Shown here: in pieces, positions 48,279 to 57,456 of the stretch | Position numbering within the stretch: position 1 is the first letter of the stretch | Layout: every line of letters begins with the position of its first letter | NCBI GenBank assembly: GCA_963753065.1 | Contig: CAVWAQ010000001.1 | Location: 451,736 to 515,735 of the forward strand | DNA from: Candidatus Bathyarchaeota archaeon | GTDB lineage: Archaea; Thermoproteota; Bathyarchaeia; 40CM-2-53-6 | Direction of reading: 5' to 3' | Length of the DNA stretch: 64,000 nucleotides | The notes under the pieces: model-generated | Seen by the model: the letters and a program-made list of their open reading frames with translations, nothing else | Database searches by the model: none | Told to the model about the DNA's origin: nothing | Position numbers and translations under genes: made by a program

Positions 48279-48875
48279 GTGCGAGTGGCCATATTGTCCA
48301 AAGAAGAAGATTCCGATCTGAAGCGACTCGCCGAGATGAAAGCATACCTTGAGAAGAAGATCTCGGACTCTGAACGTGAGACTGAGCAACTAAGATCGTT
48401 TCTTCAAGCGGTCGACTCCGTTCTCGCGGAGAAGAGCTTTAGACACGTGAAAATCCCCTCGGAGGCTCAGGCAACTGCTGCACCAGAGATGCCTGCCGGA
48501 AAGGAGAGGCAGACAAGCGAGGTCTGGCCGATAACGACACCTGAGGGAGTTCATCTAGCGGATCTTCAGATCACCGAATCTGAGCTTATGCTCGTTCCAG
48601 ATCCGAATACTAGGTACGATGTGACATCTCCACCTCTGCGAGCGTTTCTCTTGGCACGTGTTCTCGATCCCATACACATGAAAGATGAAGAGTCAACGCG
48701 AGCAGGCCAACTAAGTGCCGACAAGGTCTTAACGTACGAAGTAGCCGAGGACGGAGGCGCCTTGAAGTCCTTGCGAGTGCGGAACTATGGAGATCAGAGA
48801 AGGCTCACAGAACTAAGAAATGCCATGCGATGGACAGTTCGCCGCATGTACGAGAAGACCCTTCAGACGCGGTGA
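48279..48875 (+). CDS. hypothetical protein
   Basis: 198-aa ORF with a GTG start and an N-terminal coiled-coil-like region. I recognised no family. Confidence 0.5.
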   Translation: MRVAILSKEEDSDLKRLAEMKAYLEKKISDSERETEQLRSFLQAVDSVLAEKSFRHVKIPSEAQATAAPEMPAGKERQTSEVWPITTPEGVHLADLQITESELMLVPDPNTRYDVTSPPLRAFLLARVLDPIHMKDEESTRAGQLSADKVLTYEVAEDGGALKSLRVRNYGDQRRLTELRNAMRWTVRRMYEKTLQTR

Positions 48876-48902
48876 CCGCATCCCAAGAGAACTTGGCTCC
48901 GC

Positions 48903-48943
48903 TACCCTAGGTGATTTCATCCTTATTCATTTCTGAGAGTCTG
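48903..48943. repeat. direct repeat copy 1 (TACCCTAGGTGATTTCAT..TCTGAGAGT)
   Basis: It shares TACCCTAGGTGAT(T/C)TCAT, then an 11-nt variable core, then TCTGAGAGT with the copy at 49174-49214. The two copies are in identical register, 271 nt apart. Confidence 0.7.
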
Positions 48944-48967
48944 CGCGGGAAATACATACTGCTGAGT

Positions 48968-49132
48968 TTAGGTACCACTCGCGGGGCCCTCAGCAATCGA
49001 CTTGACCGAGTCGAGTAACTCTCCTAACTCCCCAGCAAGCACCCTTACCGCGCAGTCCAACATATCGGACACATACCACTGACAGTCGGCGCGTTTGCAC
49101 TCGGCTCCTCTTAGTAATGGACAAATTGCCAT
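48968..49132 (-). CDS. small Cys-containing protein (54 aa), unknown function
   Basis: The ATG at 49132 is preceded by GAGGTGAT with a 6-nt spacer, a strong Shine-Dalgarno match. The product is MAICPLLRGAECKRADCQWYVSDMLDCAVRVLAGELGELLDSVKSIAEGPASGT. It is below the ORF-track length cutoff. Confidence 0.45.
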   Translation of the reverse strand: MAICPLLRGAECKRADCQWYVSDMLDCAVRVLAGELGELLDSVKSIAEGPASGT

Positions 49133-49173
49133 TTCTTCATCACCTCATCCTTGGGTCGCTTATGCCGCTCAAA

Positions 49174-49214
49174 TACCCTAGGTGATCTCATTTGGAGTCG
49201 TATCTGAGAGTGCT
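49174..49214. repeat. direct repeat copy 2 (TACCCTAGGTGATCTCAT..TCTGAGAGT)
   Basis: See copy 1. This copy lies 42-82 nt upstream of the small minus-strand ORF. Confidence 0.7.
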
Positions 49215-49445
49215 ATCATTGCGGCGATTATCAGGTATGACGGGTTTCGCGTATTGAAGGTTACGCAGTCGGAAGTTACTTCGTCTTTCGGTGCCCACGT
49301 CGTCTGCCGTGTGGTCCATGCATTGGGCTATGTGGTCGGCGACGCTTTCTTGCCGGTCTCTTCTTTGACAATATGCATCGAAGCAGTGCTGCGAGTCTGG
49401 TCGCATTTTAGACTTGCGCATGGAGACAGCGAGCGCATAGACGCC

Positions 49446-49720
49446 TCATACTGGCCACTGCTCGATCTCCTGCATCGAGTTGAGCGCGTAGACGTGGGTT
49501 GAGCTGGCCGAAGCCCTGGGCGAGCGCGGAGATGTCGCGCGCGAGTCCTTCATGGTTCGTCAGCAGGACCGACATATTGTCTAGTAAGACCTGAACCTGA
49601 GTTCTGGATCTTCGACTCCTTGATGAGGCGCTTCTTGATTCGGTAGAACTGGACTCGTCGGCCGGCCCGGGTGTTCGGTAGATCGTAGTCGCATGGCCAG
49701 ATCCGGGCGGGGGTTGCCAT
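49446..49720 (-). pseudogene. decayed small gene in three frames (Cas2/VapD/PaaX-C-like sequence pattern, speculative)
   Basis: Minus-strand pieces read MATPARIWPCDYDLPNTRAGRRVQFYRIKKRLIKESKIQ, then VQVLLDNMSVLLTNHEGLARDISALAQGFGQLNP, then HVYALNSMQEIEQWPV in shifting frames. Confidence 0.3.
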
Positions 49721-49780
49721 CCTGTTTCGCGTGTACCAGATATAGTAACGCGCGGGCGGCTTCCGCGCCGGATATTTCTG

Positions 49781-50251
49781 TTAGGCCTCTTTCTCGCTCC
49801 GGGGTGACTCTAGAGGAGGGCTAACGGCTATCAACCCTGCGCGTTGCAGGTGTTCTTCAGCTTTGCGAAGTGTCTCTTTGGCATTCTTGTAGGTGAGTCG
49901 ATCAAGGGCATCGCGATAGGGTAGCCAGTCATATCCAATATGTTCACCGGATATTTTCACCTGTTCTTCTCCGGTGTTCTTGACTAGGTAGAATATCACC
50001 TCCTTCGATACCGTTCCACCGCGTCTTCTGTAGAAGTAATCGATTCTTTCTCTGAAATCGTCTAGGAACGTGTTGCTTTTGAGGTCCGTCTCTTCGAGGA
50101 TTTCTCTCTTGACCGTCTCTTCCTCAGATTCCCCTTTCTCCACATGCCCTTTCACAAAGTCCCAATGTCCCGCTTCATAGTGGAGAAGAAGATATTCAGT
50201 GCCATTCCCGACCCTGAATATGACCGCCCCGCATGACTTTTCATGTTCCAT
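49781..50251 (-). CDS. NUDIX hydrolase (Ap4A-hydrolase-like)
   Basis: Contains the Nudix box GHVEKGESEEETVKREILEETDL, with SCGAVIF near the N-terminus. Confidence 0.85.
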   Translation of the reverse strand: MEHEKSCGAVIFRVGNGTEYLLLHYEAGHWDFVKGHVEKGESEEETVKREILEETDLKSNTFLDDFRERIDYFYRRRGGTVSKEVIFYLVKNTGEEQVKISGEHIGYDWLPYRDALDRLTYKNAKETLRKAEEHLQRAGLIAVSPPLESPRSEKEA

Positions 50252-50356
50252 CGGAGGTTCGCATCCAGTCGGAGGCTACCATCGTACCCTACACCACTAG
50301 GTATCATTTGTGCTTTGAGTCGCGAGAGGACTTCGCAAGCTAGAATGCGATGATAC

Positions 50357-51301
50357 CTAGATCAGCTTCATGAGTAGGAACGACACTATCGCCCCTGCCA
50401 ACGGGCCAATCGTCCAACCGGCAATCACTTGTTGAATGATGCGCTTGTTTGTGATGGCCATTCGCTTAGCTGAGGCAGCACCGCTCATACCGCCGATGAC
50501 CACCTGCGAAATGGAGACAGGCAGACTCAATTGTGTGAAGACATGCGCAGACATCGCACCGCCGAACTGGGCCGACAGTGCCATGGACGGGCTTAGGCCC
50601 ACAAGGTTGTCAGCGACGCTTCTCACGGTGCCCTTGCTCAGGAACATGATGCCAACAATTGTTGCAGCTGATAGCACGATCGATAATGGCAAGCGATCTC
50701 CGAGGCTTGACGAGAATAGTCCCACGACGAGACCGAGTGTATTCGCACCGAGCGTATACGCAGCGTAGAACCCGGCGATCAGAGTAAGGCGTGCGTATGT
50801 CCGGTTCAGAGCCAGTACGTCCTTCGCCCTGTGGCCGAACCGCAGCATTACAGTTTCGACGATTGCCGACACACAGAACCCGAGGACTGGTGACAAGACC
50901 CACGATACAACAACCATAAGAGAAAAAGTGTTATCAATTCGAACCCCGTTCGCAAGAGCTAGTCCCCATCCAGCGCCGACTAGAACTTGTGACAGCGAGA
51001 GTGGCAGGCGAAAGAGTGTCACGACCGCCATTACCGATAAGCCGGCGAGGAGAATCACAACGAGACCGGAACTCGAAAGCGCCGGTAGAATTTTCCCACC
51101 GAGTACATTCGAGAGCTTGTATCCTTCGAAGAGTGTGCCCGCGAAAACGCCCACTGACGCTATCAGCATCGCATCAGACAACTTGACGATTCCGGCGCCA
51201 AGACTCGCGCCCAGGCAGGTCGAGAAGTTGTTCCCTCCTAATACCACGCAAAGCACTGCGGCCAAGGTCAGCGCCGCATAGAGATAGAAATCAATCGCCA
51301 A
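50357..51301 (-). CDS. PiT/PHO4-family inorganic phosphate (or related anion) transporter, divergent
   Basis: 314-aa polytopic ORF paired with a DUF47 gene, the usual PiT partner. The N-terminal motif is GGNNFST, where PiT proteins usually show G-A-N-D-x-x-N. Confidence 0.7.
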   Translation of the reverse strand: MAIDFYLYAALTLAAVLCVVLGGNNFSTCLGASLGAGIVKLSDAMLIASVGVFAGTLFEGYKLSNVLGGKILPALSSSGLVVILLAGLSVMAVVTLFRLPLSLSQVLVGAGWGLALANGVRIDNTFSLMVVVSWVLSPVLGFCVSAIVETVMLRFGHRAKDVLALNRTYARLTLIAGFYAAYTLGANTLGLVVGLFSSSLGDRLPLSIVLSAATIVGIMFLSKGTVRSVADNLVGLSPSMALSAQFGGAMSAHVFTQLSLPVSISQVVIGGMSGAASAKRMAITNKRIIQQVIAGWTIGPLAGAIVSFLLMKLI

Positions 51302-51357
51302 GGGAACGCGCCCTGATCTCTAGCCGACCACAAGAGCTTGGGATTCAGCAGACAAGC

Positions 51358-51531
51358 TCAATCCGAACGAACGCGACGAGGATGCTTCGCGATTTCACTT
51401 ATGCTGCCACTTGCGTCTACAGGCCGGTTGAATACTCCGTGCTTCTCGCAGTAGTACACTCGCTCGCCTGCTTTCCTCTGGTCCAACTCGCCGAGTGTTG
51501 CCATTTCGCGTCCACAGAGAGGGCATCGCAT
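51358..51531 (-). CDS. small zinc-ribbon protein (57 aa)
   Basis: The product is MRCPLCGREMATLGELDQRKAGERVYYCEKHGVFNRPVDASGSISEIAKHPRRVRSD, with C-x2-C ... C-x2-H. It lies between the DUF47 and PiT genes on the same strand and is below the ORF-track cutoff. Confidence 0.45.
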   Translation of the reverse strand: MRCPLCGREMATLGELDQRKAGERVYYCEKHGVFNRPVDASGSISEIAKHPRRVRSD

Positions 51532-51667
51532 TCAAGTTCGACCGAAGCCTCGATCTCATCTAGTGATCGTGTTCGCATTCGGTCGTGTCCTGTCTGGCCT
51601 GCAAGCTTCTTAGGTCTTTCCTTGAAAGAGTAGTACATGCACCAATAGTGCTAATCCACGGCCTCTG

Positions 51668-52393
51668 TCACGAGACCGCTTTCACAACGATTGTTATGAC
51701 AAGGTCAGAGCAGTTCTCGGCTGCATCTGCGACTTCGTCGAGCTTGAGGATCGTCTCTTTGATTTGGAGGTACGTGAGCGTATCCATATCTCGTCTGTGC
51801 GCGGAAAGCCTCGAGATCAGTTCTGACTTGATCTGATCGGCTGCTTCCTCCGCTTTCTCAACTTCAAGTGATTTGTTAACAGCAAGCTCAGCGTTCGTTC
51901 GAAGAGACTCGACCGACTCCACGAGGGTAGTAACGCATCTGTCAATGCAGTCAACAAATTGGCGAAGCGTCGGGTCTCCCTTCTGTATGTACTCCAAGAT
52001 CTTGGGTTCAATTGGAGCTTCGGCAATTGCCCGAGCAGCGTCTTGCGAAGCGTCTGCGATGTCATCTACCTCCTCGATCAAGTCTAGGAAGTCCTCTCTC
52101 ATGCCCGCGAAGAATGCACCTTGCGCGATCTGGATCACTGCCTCTCTATGAAGGTCATCAGCCATGCTCTCGTACCTAGAAACGATCTCTGCCTGGCTTT
52201 TGACTAGAGCCCAGTTCATCTGTTCGACCGAGCTGATCATGTTCTTCAGCTCCTTGGCACACCTCTGAACCATCGCTAGGTGTTCGGCGATGAGGTCGAG
52301 AACCCTCTTCTCCCTCTTGCTGCCGAATCGAAATGGCGCTCCATAAGACGGGAGCCGAAACAAGTGTGCCAGATCTAGTTCTCCCCCTTGCAA
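51668..52393 (-). CDS. DUF47 (PhoU-like, PiT-accessory) family protein
   Basis: 241-aa all-helical ORF with repeated E/D-rich helices. Gene-pair context with PiT supports the call. Confidence 0.8.
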   Translation of the reverse strand: MQGGELDLAHLFRLPSYGAPFRFGSKREKRVLDLIAEHLAMVQRCAKELKNMISSVEQMNWALVKSQAEIVSRYESMADDLHREAVIQIAQGAFFAGMREDFLDLIEEVDDIADASQDAARAIAEAPIEPKILEYIQKGDPTLRQFVDCIDRCVTTLVESVESLRTNAELAVNKSLEVEKAEEAADQIKSELISRLSAHRRDMDTLTYLQIKETILKLDEVADAAENCSDLVITIVVKAVS

Positions 52394-52475
52394 TCGCGGG
52401 GAAGCAACGGACTCACGCCAAACCTGTACGAGACAAAGATAATGGGGTTTTGATAGGAGGGGTTCGAGAGGTGGG

Positions 52476-53723
52476 CTACACCCATCCTCTCAGTTTCATT
52501 GCTTCGGCGACCCGCTGGACCGAGAGCATGTACGCAGCCATTCGCATGTTCACGTTGTGCTTCGTGTGCATAGCATAAACGTCGTTGAAGGCTTTCGTCA
52601 TGATCTTGTCCAAGCGGCTGTGGACTTCCTCAACCGGCCAGTAGAGACCATATATGTTCTGTACCCATTCGAAGTACGAAACAGTCACTCCTCCAGCGTT
52701 GCAGAGAAAATCCGGAATGTCGAAGACCTTGTTCTTGAACAGTATGTCATCTGCCTCAGGCGTTGTGGGTCCGTTTGCGGCCTCCGCTATGATCTTCGCC
52801 TTGATTCGCGACGCGTTCTTTGTAGTTATCACATTCTCAAGTGCTGCAGGAACGAGGATATCGCACTGTGCTTCGAGCAAAGCTTCGTTGGTGATTGGTT
52901 TCGTTCCCGGAAACCCGACTACGCTGCCAGTCTTCTCCTTGTGTTTAAGGACCTCGTTTGGATCTAGTCCTTTCTCGCTGAAAATGCCTCCTTTCGAGTC
53001 ACTTACCGCGATAATCCGCGCTCCCATCTCCTGCAAAAGGATCGCTGCATATGATCCCGCGTTTCCGTAACCTTGGACTGCAACTGTGGCGCCCTTTAGT
53101 GGAGTGTTGAGTTTCTTTGAGGCCTCGCGTATGGTGTAGACAGCACCGCGTGCTGTGGCGTCGCCTCTTCCCTCGGATCCACCTAGTGCTAATGGTTTCC
53201 CGGTGATCACGCCTGGGGCGTTGTGTCCTTTAATCTTCTCGAATTCGTCAACCATCCACGCCATGATCTGAGGAGTTGTGTAGACATCAGGCGCCGGAAT
53301 GTCCAGTTCAGGTCCTATTATCGCTCCGATGGCGTCAATGTATGCTCGGCTGAGCCTCTCTAGTTCGCCGAGCGACATCTCCTTTGGATTACAGATGACT
53401 CCTCCTTTTCCTCCGCCAAGAGGTATGCCCACACAGGCGGTCTTCCAAGTCATCCAGGCCGCGAGTGCCTTGACTGTGTCGAGTGTCTCTTGCGGGTGGA
53501 ATCGGATTCCTCCTTTGCAGGGGCCTCGAGCGTCGTTGTACTGAACCCTGAAACCTCTGAACACCTTGACCTGTCCGTTGTCCATCCTGACTGGGAACCT
53601 GACTTCTAGTATACGTTTGGGTTCCCTGAGGAGGCTGTGGACAGCCGGGTCCAATTTCAATAACTTAGCAGCCGTATCCAACTGTTCTTGCGCAATCTTG
53701 AAGGGATTCAGCTCTTCCGTCAA
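52476..53723 (-). CDS. gdhA: glutamate dehydrogenase
   Basis: Contains [17 protein letters not shown] and the nucleotide fold VQGYGNAGS. Confidence 0.92.
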   Translation of the reverse strand: MTEELNPFKIAQEQLDTAAKLLKLDPAVHSLLREPKRILEVRFPVRMDNGQVKVFRGFRVQYNDARGPCKGGIRFHPQETLDTVKALAAWMTWKTACVGIPLGGGKGGVICNPKEMSLGELERLSRAYIDAIGAIIGPELDIPAPDVYTTPQIMAWMVDEFEKIKGHNAPGVITGKPLALGGSEGRGDATARGAVYTIREASKKLNTPLKGATVAVQGYGNAGSYAAILLQEMGARIIAVSDSKGGIFSEKGLDPNEVLKHKEKTGSVVGFPGTKPITNEALLEAQCDILVPAALENVITTKNASRIKAKIIAEAANGPTTPEADDILFKNKVFDIPDFLCNAGGVTVSYFEWVQNIYGLYWPVEEVHSRLDKIMTKAFNDVYAMHTKHNVNMRMAAYMLSVQRVAEAMKLRGWV

Positions 53724-53846
53724 GCTTAATCATCGTGTTCCGGTGAAATCGGAAAGTGCCTTTTAAATCAACCCGTTCTTGAGGCTTATCAGTCGCGGCA
53801 GACACGCTGGTTGGACGAAGACGGAGAAGTATGCAAAACATGTTCA

Positions 53847-54755
53847 CTATGTTCCGGTAAAGCGATCAAGGGTCACTTCCTCATCGTTGCTCGGCGCGCC
53901 CTTACCCTCGATATGGTCTCGTATTCTCTTCAAAACCGTCTCGTGTTTCTCACTGGCAAGCCCAAGCATCTTCATCACTTGTATGCAGTTCTCCGGCGCG
54001 TAGCCACGAAAGTGGTTATTGAAAACCCCAATGGTCTGCTTTGTGTTGGATCGCACCTCCTCAATCTTGGGCAGCCAGTCAGTAAGCTGGTCTCCCGTGT
54101 ACCGGTAGTCGTACCAGAGGCCTTGGCCTCTGCCGTGCCACCGAATGTATCCAACCTCAGAGGTGACGTGGATCTCTGGGGGTAATAGTGGCTCGTCAAC
54201 GATGCAGTACGCGGCCTGATATTTGCTCAAGGTTGTCCATGTGCTCGATTCCAGCCAAGACGGATGCCTGAACTCGACCACGTAATTGATTCTCCTCGGG
54301 AGCAAAGCGAGAAAGCCCTCCAGAAGGCCATCATCACGCTTGAGCGACGGGGGCAACTGAACGAGCATGCATGCCAATTTGTCCTGCGAAAGCAGAGGAT
54401 CGAAAAGCTCACAAAACGAATCGAGCTCCGTCTGTGCACTTTCGTCCAGTTTCATGCGTAGATCATGAGTGAATCTCTTGTTCATCTTTGCACTGAAGAC
54501 GAAGCCTCGAGGCGTGTATCGTGTCATGCCGAGTATCGTCCCCTTCTCTGGGAACTTGTAGAAAGATGAGTCAATCTCCACAGTATCGAAGACCGAGGAA
54601 TACTGCTGAAGCATGCTCTTATCAGGATCGTACAGCGGGCCAATCCATTCCTTGTACGACCAGCCGGCGCACCCAAGACGAATTGGTGCTAGTGTCCGCT
54701 CATTGTTATTCGGGATCGCGCTCACTCCCCGGTTGCTTGCTTTAATGGTCGTCAC
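53847..54755 (-). CDS. DUF72 family protein
   Basis: Contains IRLGCAGWSYKEWIGPLY and FEFRHPSW-like VEFRHPSW blocks. Confidence 0.8.
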   Translation of the reverse strand: MTTIKASNRGVSAIPNNNERTLAPIRLGCAGWSYKEWIGPLYDPDKSMLQQYSSVFDTVEIDSSFYKFPEKGTILGMTRYTPRGFVFSAKMNKRFTHDLRMKLDESAQTELDSFCELFDPLLSQDKLACMLVQLPPSLKRDDGLLEGFLALLPRRINYVVEFRHPSWLESSTWTTLSKYQAAYCIVDEPLLPPEIHVTSEVGYIRWHGRGQGLWYDYRYTGDQLTDWLPKIEEVRSNTKQTIGVFNNHFRGYAPENCIQVMKMLGLASEKHETVLKRIRDHIEGKGAPSNDEEVTLDRFTGT

Positions 54756-54895
54756 TACTTATTGCGGATTTCGGGCAGACGTTAGTTGTTCCCTTGCGTG
54801 AAGGGGTCCGGTTGGGTCATTTCGTGATTTCTTGGGTGAATCGGTCGCTCGAGGGGATAGCGAGTAAGTATTGTTCGTACCTCGGGCTTTTTCCA

Positions 54896-55417
54896 TTACC
54901 CGGGTTCCCGAAAGAATCTGGCGATGACGCTCCTTGCGTTGCTTCGATAGATCTCTTCGTTTCCTGCGTACTCGACCTGTGCAGCTCTGCGCTTGATCTG
55001 ACTGCTCGTGAGACTGAACTTCTTGATGCTTTGTTCGATATCCTGCCAGTCTCTCTCGTTCAATCGTCCAATCTTTGTGACCACGATGTCAAGCGGCTGC
55101 AGTGCCCTTAGTTCAATGTGCTTGAATCCAGTTCTTATCGGGATGCTCTTCTGTAGATAGTCACCAGGAAGCGTTTGACTGAACACCATGCCATCGGGCC
55201 AGTAATCAACTCTGAATCCAGGTCTAAGCCTGGCGAGCACTGCTTTGAGTTCGTCTAAGCTCTTGGCTGGCCCGGTGAAGTCCACGTCGATGGTGGATGG
55301 CTTGATGCCTAGAAGGGTCATTGCAGTGCCCCCGGCTGCCACGAGCGTTATGGTCTCCTCTAATTCGCTGTCTATGACTTCCAGGAACTCCGTCAAACGG
55401 CTCTTATCCAATGACAT
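54896..55417 (-). CDS. minimal nucleotidyltransferase-fold protein (MNT / DUF6036-like)
   Basis: 173-aa ORF. The N-terminal AAGGTAMTLLGIKPSTIDVDF fits the hG[GS]-x(9-13)-D-h-D NTase signature. It overlaps the upstream wHTH gene by 14 nt. Confidence 0.65.
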   Translation of the reverse strand: MSLDKSRLTEFLEVIDSELEETITLVAAGGTAMTLLGIKPSTIDVDFTGPAKSLDELKAVLARLRPGFRVDYWPDGMVFSQTLPGDYLQKSIPIRTGFKHIELRALQPLDIVVTKIGRLNERDWQDIEQSIKKFSLTSSQIKRRAAQVEYAGNEEIYRSNARSVIARFFREPG

Positions 55418-56483
55418 TGTACAACCTCAGTCTATCTTCGATGTCCTTCTCGTCTACCTTGACTTCTTTCACATCCTTTGACTCTAAGGCGGCGATCGCC
55501 TCACCGACTTCCTTTGCTGGCTTGATGTGATTCAACGCTCTGAGCAGACCAAGGAGTTTTGCTGATGCCCCGTACTTCTGCGCTAAGAAGATGAGCAGAT
55601 TCCAATACGTTCTGCCCTTGGCCAAGATCACGGGAACCGCATCTACTCGTCGAGCATCCCCATTCAACAGTATGGAAACGGCCAGGAACTCCTTGAGGAT
55701 CTCCCTGGACTGCTTCGTTTCTCTTCCGAACTCCTTGTAGCCGAACCTCGCAAGGTTGTACGCCAGCTCGGTCTCAGGAACCTTCCTTGGATCTACCTCG
55801 CCTTCTTCCAGCATTATGTGGACCCCTTTGTGCTGAGCCTCGAGTATCTCCGACCAAAATGCCTGGGGAGAGTGGACACACACAGCATCCGACAGCATCT
55901 CCTTAAGCGGGTTTGCTCCGTCTGGCCTGAGCAATTCGAGAAACTCGGCTGCGATCAGTGGCAGGTAGTCGATTCTGATGTTGTGCATCCGGTGAAACAT
56001 TTCGATTGTTTCATGCAGCCTGCGCCTTTCATCGGCGCCTGACCTGTGCAGAAGAATCAGTAGCTCTGTCTTGTTCAGTTTGATGTTTCTCTCAGGGCGA
56101 ATGAGTGAGATTGACCGTATGAATGGAAGGTTCTTGCAGCTGCCCTCGATGTCTGCGCACAGCATCTGCAACTCGGGACGCTTTTCAAGGAGCTTGCGTT
56201 TTCTAGTGAGTTCCATCTCGGTTAGCATGTCAAGCAGGAAATAGTTGCCGAAGTTCAGACTTGCAGTCGATGACTTCCCTGCCTTGGTCAGAGTGATGGT
56301 TCCGTCGGCAGCAAGGCTATGAAGCTTTTCGTAGATGTTGGCGTAGTATGCGGTGTGGTGGAACTTCTGTATCTTCTTGGTGAGCTCCAAAATGGATAGC
56401 GGTCTGCCCAGCAGCCTTGACATGGTGTCAAGGATCCTGAAAGTAGTCTCGTCCATTGCAGTCGGCCCTAGTATATCCAGCAT
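55404..56483 (-). CDS. winged-helix protein with large uncharacterised C-terminal domain (partner of the NTase)
   Basis: 359-aa ORF. The N-terminus FRILDTMSRLLGRPLSILELTKKIQ...YEKLHSLAADGTITL is wHTH-like. Confidence 0.55.
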   Translation of the reverse strand: MLDILGPTAMDETTFRILDTMSRLLGRPLSILELTKKIQKFHHTAYYANIYEKLHSLAADGTITLTKAGKSSTASLNFGNYFLLDMLTEMELTRKRKLLEKRPELQMLCADIEGSCKNLPFIRSISLIRPERNIKLNKTELLILLHRSGADERRRLHETIEMFHRMHNIRIDYLPLIAAEFLELLRPDGANPLKEMLSDAVCVHSPQAFWSEILEAQHKGVHIMLEEGEVDPRKVPETELAYNLARFGYKEFGRETKQSREILKEFLAVSILLNGDARRVDAVPVILAKGRTYWNLLIFLAQKYGASAKLLGLLRALNHIKPAKEVGEAIAALESKDVKEVKVDEKDIEDRLRLYNVIG

Positions 56484-56512
56484 ACTATAATGTTATAGCA
56501 CCTAGACTATAC

Positions 56513-56520
56513 TATTTAAA
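56513..56520 (-). promoter_or_regulatory. TATA box (TTTAAATA on minus strand) for the 55404-56483 gene
   Basis: This is an exact match to the archaeal TATA consensus TTTAWATA. It lies 30-37 nt upstream of the ATG at 56483, which implies a leaderless or near-leaderless transcript. Confidence 0.45.
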
Positions 56521-56958
56521 CAAGCCCTTTTCGCAGTGAAGTCAGAAAGTCAGACCTCTACGGCCTCTGGGCAATCGTTGCTTGCTTTCCCAAGGGTTAG
56601 GGGTCAAATCAGTGATTTTGGGGCCTTCCTGCAAGCTTGGCTACTGTCAGTCGAGAGAAGAATCGTGCAAGCATTGTTGGTATCTCCGAGCGTGCGTGAT
56701 TTGGGGCCTAGTTTGGTCCGGCTTTCTCTTTCCGCTTCTATTCTCTTGTCCGCTATGAATCGTATTGATTCCGTTGCAGGGGGAGAAAGTCCAGCGCTGG
56801 GGTAGAGCTCTGAACAGAAGGTTCAACATAGGCAGTCTTCGCTTGACGCCTGGCTTGGGAGAGCAGTCAACACCTAGCTACTGGCGATGGTTGTTGGAAG
56901 TCTGGGGGGATAACGAACAAGTATTGTCTGTAGCCAAGCCAGAACCTAGAGCAGCTTC

Positions 56959-57138
56959 ATGGAGTTCGGACACACGGTGGCAGCCACCCAGAAAGAGGTG
57001 GCAGCCACCCTTAATCGCATTAGCGCCCTCATCAAGCCGAAACCCGAACAAGAGACTCGGCGCCGGGAGAGAGCGCTGCCACGAAGGTTCAGAACCGTTG
57101 GTGGCATGTGCGAGCTGACGCTCTCTCAGGTTACCTAG
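56959..57138 (+). CDS. possible small ORF (59 aa), unknown function
   Basis: The product is MEFGHTVAATQKEVAATLNRISALIKPKPEQETRRRERALPRRFRTVGGMCELTLSQVT. It contains the tandem palindromes and has no recognisable RBS. Confidence 0.25.
   Translation: MEFGHTVAATQKEVAATLNRISALIKPKPEQETRRRERALPRRFRTVGGMCELTLSQVT
56976..57009. repeat. two copies of the 13-nt perfect palindrome GGTGGCAGCCACC, 21 nt apart
   Basis: The copies lie at 56976-56988 and 56997-57009. Each is followed by C. The spacing equals two helical turns. Confidence 0.85.
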
Positions 57139-57456
57139 GATCGGCCACCGGCTCCGGTGCTACGCGCCTCCACCTTGGCGATCTGCAGAAGGAAGCGAAG
57201 AATGCTTTCCGCGTCTTTCCTGTGCTCAGGGTACAAGTCAAACGCTAACCAATAATCGAGGAGCCCAACCACAAAAAAACCACAGACGGATTCGCGCAAG
57301 AAAGAGCAACAACTGGGTCGGACAGTATAGCAACCAGTTGAACTTGCGCTCAAACTCGCGTCTGTTCTTCGGTGCAGAATGAACTCGTATCCACTTTTCT
57401 ATCCGCTTCAATAGTCTCCGAATTGTCTCTGGGTCATTCTCCCTGACTTGTGCCAC
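57135..57456 (-). pseudogene. possible small membrane protein gene broken at an A7/T7 homopolymer
   Basis: ORFs 57238-57456 (MAQVRENDPETIRRLLKRIEKW..RIRLWFF) and 57135-57353 (..VVGLLDYWLAFDLYPEHRKDAESILRFLLQIAK) join across the run of seven A at about 57276-57282. Confidence 0.3.

Noticed and set aside
48903-49214. The two 38-41-nt direct repeats as a miniature CRISPR array
   Set aside because: There are only two copies. The 271-nt spacing is far larger than CRISPR spacers. The repeat core is not conserved and no cas genes are nearby.
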